Source: an uncultured delta proteobacterium (GTDB lineage: Bacteria > Myxococcota_A > Polyangia > Polyangiales > Polyangiaceae). Taken from it: a stretch of DNA of 64,000 nt. Shown one piece after another: positions 37,084 through 46,909 of this stretch; positions within the stretch are counted from its first letter, which is position 1; each line of letters starts with the position of its first letter. Position numbers and translations under genes: made by a program. The DNA is taken from NCBI GenBank assembly GCA_963782055.1, contig CAWAIF010000002.1, positions 192,001 through 256,000 of the forward strand. The letters run 5' to 3'. The notes below the pieces were generated by a model. It saw nothing but the letters and a program-made list of their open reading frames with translations, was not told the origin of the DNA and did not search any database.

Positions 37084-38913
37084 TCAGCGCTTGTAGACGG
37101 TGATGATGGGGACGCCGTCGTGCGTCAGCACGTAGTCCGGCTTGTCGGTCCCGAAGACCACCCAGATCTGGTAGGCGACGCCGCGCATGTGCTTCTCCAG
37201 GTGGACGATGGCGATCTGCGCCTCGCTGGGGCTGCCGACGGCCTGCAGGTCCGGGCGCACCCGGTCCTCCTGGATCAGGCGGTTCCACGAATCCCACGCG
37301 GTGTCGTGGATGAAGACGCGCGCGTGCGGCGGGGCGGAGCGCGCGAAGTACGGCTCCAGGCTCTGGGTCGTGAAGCCCCAGAACTGCCGGTTGAGCCCCA
37401 GGTCTGCGCCGCCGGCGGTGCCCCCGACGAAGGGCACGTAGGAGGAGAGGCCGAAGGGGTGGGAGTGGATGGTGATGGCGAGCGGCGGCGTGATGATCAG
37501 CGCGGCGAGGGCGATCTGGGCGGCGACGCGCTGCTGCGCGGTCTTCAGCCACACCACGGCGTCCTTCATCTTGTCGGCGCACAGCTCGAAGCCGCGGCCG
37601 GCGAAGAGGGCGAGGAAGGGGTACGCCGGCATCCAGTGCTTCGTCCCGCCGAAGATGGGGGTCTTGGGCAGGAAGAAGACGGCGATGGCCGAGCTCATGG
37701 CGAGGAAGAAGAGCAGATCGCTCTCGGCGCGGTCGCGCGGGGGGCGGGGGGCGTCGCCGCGCTTGCCGCGGACGAAGTCGAAGAAGCGCAGTGTCAGGGC
37801 GCGCAGGCGGTCGAAGGCTCCCACGGCGAAGAGCACCAGCGTCACGGTGGGCACCGTCGCGGCGATCATCACCGGCGCGTACGAGGTGGGCGAGGGCGCG
37901 CTGAAGTAGTTTTTGTGCAGGTACTCGATGTTGTAATAGACATGGTTCATGTGGAAGCTCACGTACGCGTCGAGACGCGCGAACGTGTCGTTCCACAGCC
38001 AGGGCCAGAACGCGTAGAAGACGAGCGGGCCGATGGTGGCCATCGCGATGAGGCTGGTGGGCAGGGGCAGCCGCCCCACCTTCACCTCGCGGGAGATGGG
38101 CTTCCACATCGCCACGATCGCGTGGGGGACGAAGACGGCGGGGAGGATCCACGCGTTGTGCTTCGTCTCCAGCGTGAGGCCGTACATGACGCCGCTGGCG
38201 ATCGCCCAGCCCAGGCCGCCCTCCTGCAGGGAGCGCCAGTAGACGTAGATGCAGGCCGTCCACATCGCCATGATGGGGACGTCGAAGCAGGCGAGGTGGG
38301 AGTGGTAGAAGACGCGCGGCATGAGCGCGAGGAGCGACGCCGCCATGAAGCCCGAGCGGCGTGACCAGGTGCGCGCGCCGAAGAGGTAGGTGATCCAGAG
38401 GGTCATGCCGGCGGTGCACATCGCCGGGAAGCGGAAGGAGGTGCTGGCGTCGTGGAAGAGGTGCCAGCGCTGGTAGAGGTACGTCCAGGAGAACCCGAAG
38501 AGCGTCTTCATGAGCGCCGGGTGCTCGTGGTTGTTGCTCCACGGACCGTCGATGGCGGCGCGCTGCACCGCCTGCGCGGGGTGCGTGAAGAGGAGCTGGT
38601 ACCAGTGCGCGTAGTCCTGCGCGGCGCGGAAGTAGAAGCCCTCGTCGCGCGCGAACCCCAGGTTGCGCGCGGTGGCGAGCAGCCAGATCACGTAGGTGGC
38701 CGCCAGCCCGAAGCCGATCACCTGATCCCGCCACCCGATCTTCTGCGGCAGCGTGATCAGCCCCCGCCAGTCGAACCCCGAGCTCGCCGACTTCCCGTCA
38801 CCCTTCCCCTCACTCCCGCGCTCGCCCTCGCGCTCGCGCTCGCTCCCGCGCTCCGCGGACGTCTCCTCCTCTGCGTCCACCCCCTCGCCCGGCTTCTTCT
38901 CCTGGGTGCTCAT
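37084..38913 (-). CDS. GT-C fold polytopic glycosyltransferase (ArnT/PMT-like)
   Basis: TM1 followed by RDEGFY acidic loop, EHPALMK, FDVP, many TM segments. Confidence 0.85.
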   Translation of the reverse strand: MSTQEKKPGEGVDAEEETSAERGSEREREGERGSEGKGDGKSASSGFDWRGLITLPQKIGWRDQVIGFGLAATYVIWLLATARNLGFARDEGFYFRAAQDYAHWYQLLFTHPAQAVQRAAIDGPWSNNHEHPALMKTLFGFSWTYLYQRWHLFHDASTSFRFPAMCTAGMTLWITYLFGARTWSRRSGFMAASLLALMPRVFYHSHLACFDVPIMAMWTACIYVYWRSLQEGGLGWAIASGVMYGLTLETKHNAWILPAVFVPHAIVAMWKPISREVKVGRLPLPTSLIAMATIGPLVFYAFWPWLWNDTFARLDAYVSFHMNHVYYNIEYLHKNYFSAPSPTSYAPVMIAATVPTVTLVLFAVGAFDRLRALTLRFFDFVRGKRGDAPRPPRDRAESDLLFFLAMSSAIAVFFLPKTPIFGGTKHWMPAYPFLALFAGRGFELCADKMKDAVVWLKTAQQRVAAQIALAALIITPPLAITIHSHPFGLSSYVPFVGGTAGGADLGLNRQFWGFTTQSLEPYFARSAPPHARVFIHDTAWDSWNRLIQEDRVRPDLQAVGSPSEAQIAIVHLEKHMRGVAYQIWVVFGTDKPDYVLTHDGVPIITVYKR

Positions 38914-39857
38914 CGCGTGTCCGCCTCGAAGCAGTACATGCGCCGGTCACCGCTTGGCGAGCTGATCTCCGCCTCCAGCTCGGCGGTCTGGCCGTCCAGA
39001 TCGCTCGTGTCCAGCTCGAAGCCCTTCCAGCCGTCGCCGTCGCGGTGCACCACGCTGCCGATGGGGCGCTGCCCCGAGCGGAAGAGCAGGGTCACCGGCG
39101 CGCCCTTCTTGTCGCGCTCCGCCTCCACGTACAGGCCGTGATGGCCGTGCAGCCCGCGACCGAAGTGGATGGCGTCGAACTTCACCAGCAGCACGCTGCC
39201 CGCGCCCTGCGGCGGCGCGTAGAAGCACCGGCGTGGCAGGTAGTTCAGATCCGGCAGGACCGTCAGGCCCACGAGCGCGTTGCCCTGACACTGGTAGCGA
39301 TCGCCCGGGATGGCGGGGCCGAAACCCAGGCCGCCGCTGCGCGGGCTGCTGTGAATGAAGGGGCAATCGCGCGCGCCGCTGGTCTCCGCCAGGTAGACGT
39401 GCATGTCCGGCTTGCCGGCGTGGCGGAGCAGGTCGTCCTTCAGCACGACGGGCGAGGGGTTCTGCAGGGTGGTGATGGTGATGGCGCCGGCGCGCGTCGT
39501 CTCCACCGTCTTCCAGCCGGCGAGGTCGGGCACGTGCTCGCCGCGGATGGAGACCTCCAGCGCGCGGGGGAAGCGGGTGACGTCGGGGTACGCCTCCCGC
39601 TCCAGGGTGGCGATCTGCGGGCCGAACTTCTCGCGGCCGATGGGATCCACCCAGCGTGGCGCGAAGGCGACCAGGTCGTCCGGCTTGACGCGCTTCTGCA
39701 CCTCTTGCTTCGCCTGCGCCCAGTCGGCGTCGGAGGTGACGCCGTTGACCTGGGAGACGTGCAGGCCGAGCTCGACGACGGCGACGAGCGGCACCGCGGC
39801 GAACGCCCATCGGCGCGCGAGCGTCCACACCGAAGGGCCGGCTTTGTCTTTCTCCAA
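38910..39857 (-). CDS. membrane-anchored periplasmic hypothetical protein
   Basis: N-terminal TM, four Cys in the soluble part, stop overlaps the next gene's start. Confidence 0.7.
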   Translation of the reverse strand: MEKDKAGPSVWTLARRWAFAAVPLVAVVELGLHVSQVNGVTSDADWAQAKQEVQKRVKPDDLVAFAPRWVDPIGREKFGPQIATLEREAYPDVTRFPRALEVSIRGEHVPDLAGWKTVETTRAGAITITTLQNPSPVVLKDDLLRHAGKPDMHVYLAETSGARDCPFIHSSPRSGGLGFGPAIPGDRYQCQGNALVGLTVLPDLNYLPRRCFYAPPQGAGSVLLVKFDAIHFGRGLHGHHGLYVEAERDKKGAPVTLLFRSGQRPIGSVVHRDGDGWKGFELDTSDLDGQTAELEAEISSPSGDRRMYCFEADTR

Positions 39858-39971
39858 AGCGCGGCGAGCTTACCTGAAGTCGGTGCAAAGTCACCGCGCT
39901 TGCACCCGGTGGCGGGTCTGGGCGGGACGGCTCGCCGCGCGGACCCGCCGCCACCGCGACTCCGGGGCGGC

Positions 39972-40925
39972 TCAGTCGTCGTCCTTGTCGGGCTCGAGGT
40001 TGACGCGGTCGCGTATCACGTAGAGCGGCCGGCGCTTCACCTCCTCGTAGATGCGCCCGACGTACTCGCCCAGGATGCCAATCATCAGGAGCTGCACCGA
40101 GGCCAGCAGCGAGATGAGCACCACCGTGGCTGTCCAGCCGGGCACCGTCCGCTTCAGGAAGAAGTGCACGATCACCGCCCAGATGGCGTAGAGCACGCTG
40201 AGCGCGCTCATCGTGACCCCGAGGTAGGTCGAGAAGCGCAGCGGGAGCACGCTGAAGGACGTGATGCCGTCCACCGCGAAGCGGACCATCTTGCGGAGCG
40301 GGTATTTCGTCGTGCCGGCGAAGCGCGCGGGCCGGTCGTAGAGCACGGCGGTCTGGCGGAAGCCGACCCACGACACCATCCCCCGGACGAAGCGGTGCGT
40401 CTCGCGGAGCGCGCGGAGGGTGAGCACGACGCGCCGGCTCATCAGGCGGAAGTCGCCGGTGTCCAGCGGCACCTGGATCGGGATCATCGCGGCGAAGAGG
40501 CGATAGAAGGCCTTCGCGGTGATCTTCTTGAAGAAGGTCTCCCCCGCGCGCGACTGCCGCTTGCCGTAGACGACGTCGTAGCCCTCGCGCCACTTCAGCA
40601 TCATCTCCAGCACGACCGACGGCGGGTCCTGCAGATCGGCGTCCATCACCACCACAGCCTCGCCCCGGGCGTGATCCACGCCCGCGGTGATCGCCGTCTG
40701 GTGGCCGAAGTTGCGCGAGAAGGACAGGATGCGGTAGCGCGCGTCTTGCTCGACGAGCTTCTGCAAGAGCTCGAAGGTCGCGTCGCGCGAGCCGTCGTCC
40801 ACGAAGACGACCTCGGCGTCGGTGGCCAGCGCCTTCAAGAACTCCTGGAGCTGCTGGTGCAGCTCCGGGATGACCTGCTCCTCGTCGTAGACGGGCAGGA
40901 CGAGACTGAGCGTGGGCCGGGCCAT
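39972..40925 (-). CDS. GT2 undecaprenyl-phosphate glycosyltransferase (GtrB/ArnC-like)
   Basis: PVYDEE, VDDGSRD, SRNFGHQ, MDADLQDPP, GDFRLM, two C-terminal TMs, GEYVGRIY. Confidence 0.93.
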   Translation of the reverse strand: MARPTLSLVLPVYDEEQVIPELHQQLQEFLKALATDAEVVFVDDGSRDATFELLQKLVEQDARYRILSFSRNFGHQTAITAGVDHARGEAVVVMDADLQDPPSVVLEMMLKWREGYDVVYGKRQSRAGETFFKKITAKAFYRLFAAMIPIQVPLDTGDFRLMSRRVVLTLRALRETHRFVRGMVSWVGFRQTAVLYDRPARFAGTTKYPLRKMVRFAVDGITSFSVLPLRFSTYLGVTMSALSVLYAIWAVIVHFFLKRTVPGWTATVVLISLLASVQLLMIGILGEYVGRIYEEVKRRPLYVIRDRVNLEPDKDDD

Positions 40926-40945
40926 GCCGCGCGGATGGTATCAGA

Positions 40946-41908
40946 TCACGCCTGGGGCGCGGCCCCGGCGGCCGCCGCCGCGGACGCCACGATCTCGCGC
41001 AGGCCGATCGTCGGTGTCCACCCGAGCACGCGTCGCGCCTTCTCCACCGAGGCGACGAGCACGGCTGGGTCGCCTGCCCGACGCGGCGACTCGATCACCG
41101 GAACGCGCGCTCCGGTCACGTCCTGGACCGCGGCGATGACCTCGCGCACCGAGGCGCCCTTGCCCGAGCCCACGTTGAACGCGCCGCCCGGGCCGCCCGC
41201 GCGCAGGTGCTCGAGCACTGCGAGGTGCGCGAGCGCCAGATCACGCACGTGGACGTAGTCGCGGATGCAGGTGCCGTCGGGCGTGGGCCAGTCGGTGCCG
41301 AAGAGGCGTAGCGGAGGGCCGGACCCCGCGGCCGCGGCCAGGGTGAGCGGGATGAGGTGCGTCTCCGGGTCGTGGCGCTCGCGCAGGCCGCCGAACGCCC
41401 CCGCCGCGTTGAAGTACCGGAGCGCCGACCAGGCGATCCCGTACGCGCGCGCGTAGCCGGCGAGGGCGTGCTCGAAGGCGAGCTTCGTCTCCCCGTAAGG
41501 GTTGATCGGCCGCGTCGGATGCTCCTCCACGATGGGGGTCGCGTCGGGCGTTCCGTAGACGGCGGCGGTGGACGAGAAGACGAACGCCGGGGTGCGCGCC
41601 TCGAGCGCGGCGTCCAGCGCCGCGAGGCTCTCGACGAGGTTGTCCTGCCAGTACCTGCGCGGGTTGGTGACCGACTCCCCGACCTGGATGCGTCCGGCGA
41701 AGTGGATCACCGCGTCGGCGCCGCGGCACGCGTCGAGCATCGCCGGGTCGCTCGTCTTCGCGACCACGAGCGTCGCGCTCGCCGGGACGGCGTCGCGGTG
41801 GCCGCCGGAGAGATCGTCGACGACGCACGCCTCATGGCCGCGCTCGAGGAGGAGCGCCGTCATGTGCGAGCCGATGTAGCCCGCGCCGCCCGTGACGACG
41901 ACCTTCAC
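40946..41908 (-). CDS. galE: UDP-glucose 4-epimerase
   Basis: TGGAGYIGSH, HFA, FSSTAAVYG, YGETK, LRYFN, DGTCIRDYVHV, RRAGD. Confidence 0.93.
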   Translation of the reverse strand: MKVVVTGGAGYIGSHMTALLLERGHEACVVDDLSGGHRDAVPASATLVVAKTSDPAMLDACRGADAVIHFAGRIQVGESVTNPRRYWQDNLVESLAALDAALEARTPAFVFSSTAAVYGTPDATPIVEEHPTRPINPYGETKLAFEHALAGYARAYGIAWSALRYFNAAGAFGGLRERHDPETHLIPLTLAAAAGSGPPLRLFGTDWPTPDGTCIRDYVHVRDLALAHLAVLEHLRAGGPGGAFNVGSGKGASVREVIAAVQDVTGARVPVIESPRRAGDPAVLVASVEKARRVLGWTPTIGLREIVASAAAAAGAAPQA

Positions 41909-41909
41909 G

Positions 41910-43433
41910 TCAGTCCCTCTGCCAGACCTGCCAGCGGTCCTCGCTGAAGATCCGGTGGTAGGTCCCCGGGGGCGGGTGGAAGCCATTGCCGCGCTCGAGG
42001 ACGTAGTCGTAGTACGGGTAGATCTCGCGGAAGGGGGTCTGCGAGGGCGTCCACTCCCAGCGAAGCCGCGCGGGGCGCCCGGGCGGTGGCAGCTTGCCCG
42101 GCCTGTACTGGAACGGCCAGTGAGGGAAGCCGGCGTAGGAGAACATCACCAGGCCGCCCTTCTCCGCCTGGTAGTACGAGACGAAGTGGAGGAACGGCGC
42201 GTTCGGCACGACGGAGGAGCCGCGGTCGTAGATGAGCCCGCACACCTTCTTGCCGGGCTCCATCGCGTCGATGGCGCCGTCGAAGTCGCCGACCTCGTCC
42301 ACCTCGAACTTGATGAAGTGCTTGCACGTGTTGACGATGCTGCCGAAGCAGACGAACAGCACGGCCGCGACGGCGACGAGCCCGCGGGTGGGGTTGCGCG
42401 GCATCCGCAGCAGGGGGATGGCGCAGAGCAGTCCGGGCACCGGGAAGCGCTGCGCGAGGAGCCACACGTCGCCAAGGTGATCCGCCAGCGTGACGAAGCC
42501 GACGATGCAGAGGAGCACCACCGGGAAGAAGCGGCGTGAGAGGGGGCTGGAGCGGTCCGACTCGCCCTGCGAGAGACCCATGGCGAGGATCGCCGTCATC
42601 ACCAGCAGGAGGAGCCACTTCTCGTCGGACTGATCCTTGAAGACGTTGGTCGACCACTGCAAGATCTGGGAGAAGGACGTCTCGAGCGGCGGGGCCGCGA
42701 AGATCCCTCCGCTGCGGTGGCCGTGCTCCGCAGCCTTGCCCGCATCCGATCCCAGGAACCACCAGAGCGCGCACAGCGCCGAGGGGACCCCGGGGAGCGC
42801 CGCGCGGACCCAGCGCGACGGGCGCGTCCACGGGAAGAAGAGGATGTAGACGACGCCGAAGAGGAAGAACGGCAGGACGTGTGTGAAGAAGAGCGCCACG
42901 CCCACGATCGCCAGGATCACCCCGGTCCTGCGCGTCGGGCGCTCGATGTCGCGCGCGGTGTACGCCATCCCCAGGAACATGACCGGGAAGCCGAGGACGA
43001 ACGGCAAGAGCCCGTAGAGGAACATCACGTTCACGACGAGCGGCACGGCGAAGAGGCACAGGCGCTCGTCCTTCTTCAGCGCCTTGAGGAGCTCGCGCAG
43101 CGCCAGCGGCGTGCCCCCGAGGTACAGGCACATCAGCAGGATGTTGGCCTTGTAGGCGCCGAGCACGTACGCGAACAGCGACCCCACCAGATAGTACCCG
43201 AGGTACGACGTGTGGAGCAGGTTCAGGGTGTAGTAGTCCTGAAAGTGCAGGGCCGGGTCGCCGAAGTCGTGAATCACCCGGATCGTCGCGATGTGGAACG
43301 GCAGGTCCTCGAGCGGCGGGTGACGCACAATCCAGGCGGGCGCCGTCGCGAAGAGCGCGACCACCCAGTAGAAGACCGTGGAGGCGCGCGGCGCCTTCAG
43401 CCTCGCGATGACGTTCATGGGGCGACGCGACAC
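41910..43433 (-). CDS. polytopic membrane protein, probable GT-C
   Basis: TM1 then PLEDLPFH loop, about 10 TM segments, soluble C-terminal domain. Start at 43433 or 43418. Confidence 0.65.
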   Translation of the reverse strand: MSRRPMNVIARLKAPRASTVFYWVVALFATAPAWIVRHPPLEDLPFHIATIRVIHDFGDPALHFQDYYTLNLLHTSYLGYYLVGSLFAYVLGAYKANILLMCLYLGGTPLALRELLKALKKDERLCLFAVPLVVNVMFLYGLLPFVLGFPVMFLGMAYTARDIERPTRRTGVILAIVGVALFFTHVLPFFLFGVVYILFFPWTRPSRWVRAALPGVPSALCALWWFLGSDAGKAAEHGHRSGGIFAAPPLETSFSQILQWSTNVFKDQSDEKWLLLLVMTAILAMGLSQGESDRSSPLSRRFFPVVLLCIVGFVTLADHLGDVWLLAQRFPVPGLLCAIPLLRMPRNPTRGLVAVAAVLFVCFGSIVNTCKHFIKFEVDEVGDFDGAIDAMEPGKKVCGLIYDRGSSVVPNAPFLHFVSYYQAEKGGLVMFSYAGFPHWPFQYRPGKLPPPGRPARLRWEWTPSQTPFREIYPYYDYVLERGNGFHPPPGTYHRIFSEDRWQVWQRD

Positions 43434-43512
43434 GGCCGGGGACCGGTGGGTCCTTCCGCATGAACGGTGAGCGTCGGCATGGCGAGGGCTGGCGATTCAA
43501 GCGCACTTTTCG

Positions 43513-45504
43513 GTGTGCGGCAACGGGGCCGCAGCGCGATACTCGCGCCGCTTGCACACCCCCTACACCTCGAACTTCGTCGAAGCGTACGAGGCGGCAA
43601 ACTCGTGCATCGGCATCGTCGTCTCGGCGGTGCTCTGGCATCAGTCGGGCCGGTCCGTGGCGTCGAAGGCAGCCATGCAGGCGGCGGTCGTGCTCGCGGC
43701 CGTCGCGCCGGAGCTCGGCGCCTTCGAGGCGGGCGTCGGGCTCCACCCCGGGCCCCATTCCTTCGAGCACACGCTCTACGCGATCGCGGCGCTCGCCACC
43801 GTCGCGACGATCCTCGCCGGTCGCTGGAGCGCGGTCCTCTGGGCGTTCGCCGGCGAGGGGGCGCTCTACTGGCTCACCGGCTACATCCAGTCCTCCAACT
43901 TCGAGATGCTCTCGCTCCACCTCGCGTGGTGCGGTCTGCTCGCCGGCCTGTACCGCGCGCACGTCACCGCGGCGCCGGGCGCATCGCGCGCGACGGAGGA
44001 GCGCCACCCCGGCGACCTGCTGCTCTTCGGCCTGGCCACGACGCTCGCCGCGCTCGTCGGCTTGGTGGTGCTGGAGCGCATGATCGGCAGCTCCGACGAG
44101 TGGGCCTACACCTTCCAGGCGGCCATCTTCGCGAAGCTGCACGCATACGCGACGCCGCCGCCCTGTACGCCCGCCTTCCAGAACTTCTGGGTCTTCACCT
44201 ACGTGGGCAAGCAGTTCTCCCAGTACACGCCGGGCTGGTCGTACTTCATGGTGCCCTTCGTGTGGCTGCGCGTGCCGTGGCTCTCCGGCGCCTTCTGCTT
44301 CGGGTGGGTGGTCGTCGGGCTCGCCCGCCTGTCGCGCCGGGCCATGGCGCTCGCCGACGACGGCACGGCGTCGCCGCGGGCGGTGCGCGCGGCGGGCGTC
44401 TGCGCGGCCCTCGCCACGAGCGCCGGCGCCACCTTCCTCATCAACGGCGGCTCGCGCTTCTCGCACCTCTTCGAGATCGGTGCGTTCGTCTGGGCGCTGG
44501 AGGCGCTGCTCCTCCTGGCGAGCCCCTCCTCGCGCCCGGGTCACCCGCTGCGCTGGGGCGCGGTGCTCGGTGGCTGCGCCGCGCTCATGCTCGCCACGCG
44601 ACCGGTGGACGGCGGGGGGCTGGGTATCGGGCTCTTCCTGTACTTCCTCTACGCGCTGGCGCGGCAACGCTTCGCCCCGAAGACGGTGCTCGCCATCGCC
44701 GGTCCCTTCGTGCTGATCGGGGGTCTCACGCTCCTCATCCTGCGGGTGCAGCTCGGCAAGTGGTTCACCACCGGCTACTCGCTCACCGCGATGATCCACC
44801 CGTGGAACAAGTTCGAGATCCTCGCGCCCAAGCCGGACGAGTGGCGCTGGGGCTTCCCGCTGGCGACGGGCTCCTACGGCTGGTGGCCGGTGTCGCTCGC
44901 CGTCGGGTTCGCGGGCCTGGCGTCCCTCGGCCGGCGCGGACGTGCGCTCAACACCATCCTCTTCTTCAGCCTGGCGCCCGTCCTTGGCTTCTACGCGTAC
45001 CTGAACCTGGGGCGCGGCTTCGACTGGGGCTACGGCCCCCGCTACCAGATGATCCTGATGGTGCCGATGGCCGTCGGCACCGGCGTCGCGCTCGCCCGCA
45101 TGTGGCGCAGCGCCGCCACCCGGCACGGGTGGGGCCGCCCCGCCTTGACGGCCGGTGGCCCCTTCGCGGTGGCCGTGGCCGCGATGATCCTCGGCGTCGT
45201 GCGCATCGCGCCGCTCGTATATCCCTACGAGCGCACCGCCGTCGCCGACGAGAACCGCCTGGAGCGCGCCATCCGCGGCGGCGACGTGCATCACGCGCTG
45301 GTGCTCGCCGCCCCCGGGACGGGCGGCGTCGACCCGCTCGACCTGACGCAGAACCTCCCCCTCTCGCTCTACCCCCACCAGGACGTCATCGTGGCCATCC
45401 CTCGCACGCCCGAGCTGGAGCGCTGCGTGCGCGCCGCCTACCCGGACCGCGCCGTCTACCGCGCGAGCGGGTCGCTGAAGGTGTCCCTCCGCCGCGAGAA
45501 GTAG
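43513..45504 (+). CDS. polytopic membrane protein, probable GT-C
   Basis: SSDEWAYTFQA loop, SQYTPGW, SH, TRP, YGPRY motifs; many TMs. True start uncertain. Confidence 0.7.
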   Translation: MCGNGAAARYSRRLHTPYTSNFVEAYEAANSCIGIVVSAVLWHQSGRSVASKAAMQAAVVLAAVAPELGAFEAGVGLHPGPHSFEHTLYAIAALATVATILAGRWSAVLWAFAGEGALYWLTGYIQSSNFEMLSLHLAWCGLLAGLYRAHVTAAPGASRATEERHPGDLLLFGLATTLAALVGLVVLERMIGSSDEWAYTFQAAIFAKLHAYATPPPCTPAFQNFWVFTYVGKQFSQYTPGWSYFMVPFVWLRVPWLSGAFCFGWVVVGLARLSRRAMALADDGTASPRAVRAAGVCAALATSAGATFLINGGSRFSHLFEIGAFVWALEALLLLASPSSRPGHPLRWGAVLGGCAALMLATRPVDGGGLGIGLFLYFLYALARQRFAPKTVLAIAGPFVLIGGLTLLILRVQLGKWFTTGYSLTAMIHPWNKFEILAPKPDEWRWGFPLATGSYGWWPVSLAVGFAGLASLGRRGRALNTILFFSLAPVLGFYAYLNLGRGFDWGYGPRYQMILMVPMAVGTGVALARMWRSAATRHGWGRPALTAGGPFAVAVAAMILGVVRIAPLVYPYERTAVADENRLERAIRGGDVHHALVLAAPGTGGVDPLDLTQNLPLSLYPHQDVIVAIPRTPELERCVRAAYPDRAVYRASGSLKVSLRREK

Positions 45505-45560
45505 GCCCCGAAGGCCCTGGATGACACCGCCGCGGGCTTGTACTAGGGTGCGCCCGGCTC

Positions 45561-45953
45561 ATGGCTCAGGCGCGAACCACCAGCAGCCGCAGCGCGCGGG
45601 GAGACGTCGCCGTCCTCGGGGCGGGCGTGCGCGTGCGCGGGCGCATCAGCGGCGAGGGCGACCTCACCATCGAGGGCACCGTGGAGGGCGACATCCTCGT
45701 CCGCGGGGAGCTGACGGTCGCCGACGGCGCGTCCGTCACCAGCGAGCAGCTCGAGGCCTCGTCGGTCACCCTGGGCGGGCAGGTGCAGTCGCACGTCAAC
45801 GCCACCGGCCCGGTGCGCGTCCTCGCCACCGCGCGCGTCCGCGGGGACCTGCGCGGCTCGGAGATCAGCATCGAGGAGGGGGCGCAGGTGTCGGGCCGCA
45901 TCGACGCCGAGTTCGAGCTTCCGCCGGAGCTCGGCGGCGGCAGGTCGCGGTAG
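45561..45953 (+). CDS. bactofilin (polymer-forming cytoskeletal protein)
   Basis: VRGRISGEGDLTIEGTVEG…VRGDL…IEEGAQVSGRI beta-helix repeats. Confidence 0.9.
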   Translation: MAQARTTSSRSARGDVAVLGAGVRVRGRISGEGDLTIEGTVEGDILVRGELTVADGASVTSEQLEASSVTLGGQVQSHVNATGPVRVLATARVRGDLRGSEISIEEGAQVSGRIDAEFELPPELGGGRSR

Positions 45954-45979
45954 ACATCCACCACCGGAGAGGGAAACAG

Positions 45980-46294
45980 ATGGCGAGCACGGTCATCGGC
46001 GCAGGGATCACCATCGAGGGCGAGGTCATCGCCGACGAGGACGTGGTGGTGCAGGGCACCATCCGCGGCAAGCTGAACGCCAAGGAGGGCGTCACCGTCG
46101 ACGCCGGCGCGGTCGTCGAGGCGGACATCCAGGGCGGGCCGATGACGGTCGCCGGGCAGGTCACCGGCAACATCCTCTCCACCGATCGCGTGGACTTGCA
46201 GTCGGGCGCGCGCGTCGTCGGCAACGTCAAGGCCTCGCGCATCACCATCGCCGACGGCGCCCAGTTCAAGGGCAACGTCGACATGGACGTGTGA
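45980..46294 (+). CDS. bactofilin
   Basis: MASTVIGAGITIEGE…IADGAQFKGNVDM; GGAGAGGG SD. Confidence 0.92.
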   Translation: MASTVIGAGITIEGEVIADEDVVVQGTIRGKLNAKEGVTVDAGAVVEADIQGGPMTVAGQVTGNILSTDRVDLQSGARVVGNVKASRITIADGAQFKGNVDMDV

Positions 46295-46306
46295 CGGAGA
46301 GGACGC

Positions 46307-46909
46307 ATGGCGAGCGCGGACAGCACGATCATCGGCCGTGGCACGCGCGTGCGCGGTCGCGTCACCGGTGGCCACGACGTGCGCATCGAGGGCCACCTGG
46401 AGGGTGAGCTGGAGGCCACCGGCGAGGTGGTCGTCGAGCAGGGCGGCACCGTGGGCGCCACCATCCACGCGCGCCGCGTCGTCGTGCGCGGCGCGGTGAA
46501 GGGCGATCTGAACGGCGCGGAGGCCGTGCTCCTGGAAGAGGGCGCGCGCGTCGTCGGCGACGTGCACGCTCCGCGCATCGCGATCGCCCCAGGCGCGCTG
46601 CTGCGCGGTTACGTGCAGACCGGCGAGGGCGGCGCCCCGCTCCCCGGCGCACGCCGCCCGGCGCAGGCAGCGCGCCCCGCGCCCGCGGCGCAGGCCGCCC
46701 CCGCGAAGGTGGCGGTGAAGGCTCCGGCGAAGCCCGCTCCCAAGGCCGCGCCCGCGCGCCGCCCGCCGCCGCCCGCTCGCGCCTCGGCGCCGAAGGTCAC
46801 CGGCAAGAAGGCCTCCGCCGTCGCCATCTCCGGCGCCAAGTCGCCGCCGCGTCCGGTGGTGCCCGCCCTCAAGAAGGGCGCCCGGGGTGCGCTGACCAAG
46901 AAGAAGTGA
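46307..46909 (+). CDS. bacP: bactofilin with Pro/Ala/Lys-rich tail (BacP-like)
   Basis: Bactofilin domain plus long disordered basic tail ending KKK; third gene of a bactofilin trio. Confidence 0.75.
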   Translation: MASADSTIIGRGTRVRGRVTGGHDVRIEGHLEGELEATGEVVVEQGGTVGATIHARRVVVRGAVKGDLNGAEAVLLEEGARVVGDVHAPRIAIAPGALLRGYVQTGEGGAPLPGARRPAQAARPAPAAQAAPAKVAVKAPAKPAPKAAPARRPPPPARASAPKVTGKKASAVAISGAKSPPRPVVPALKKGARGALTKKK

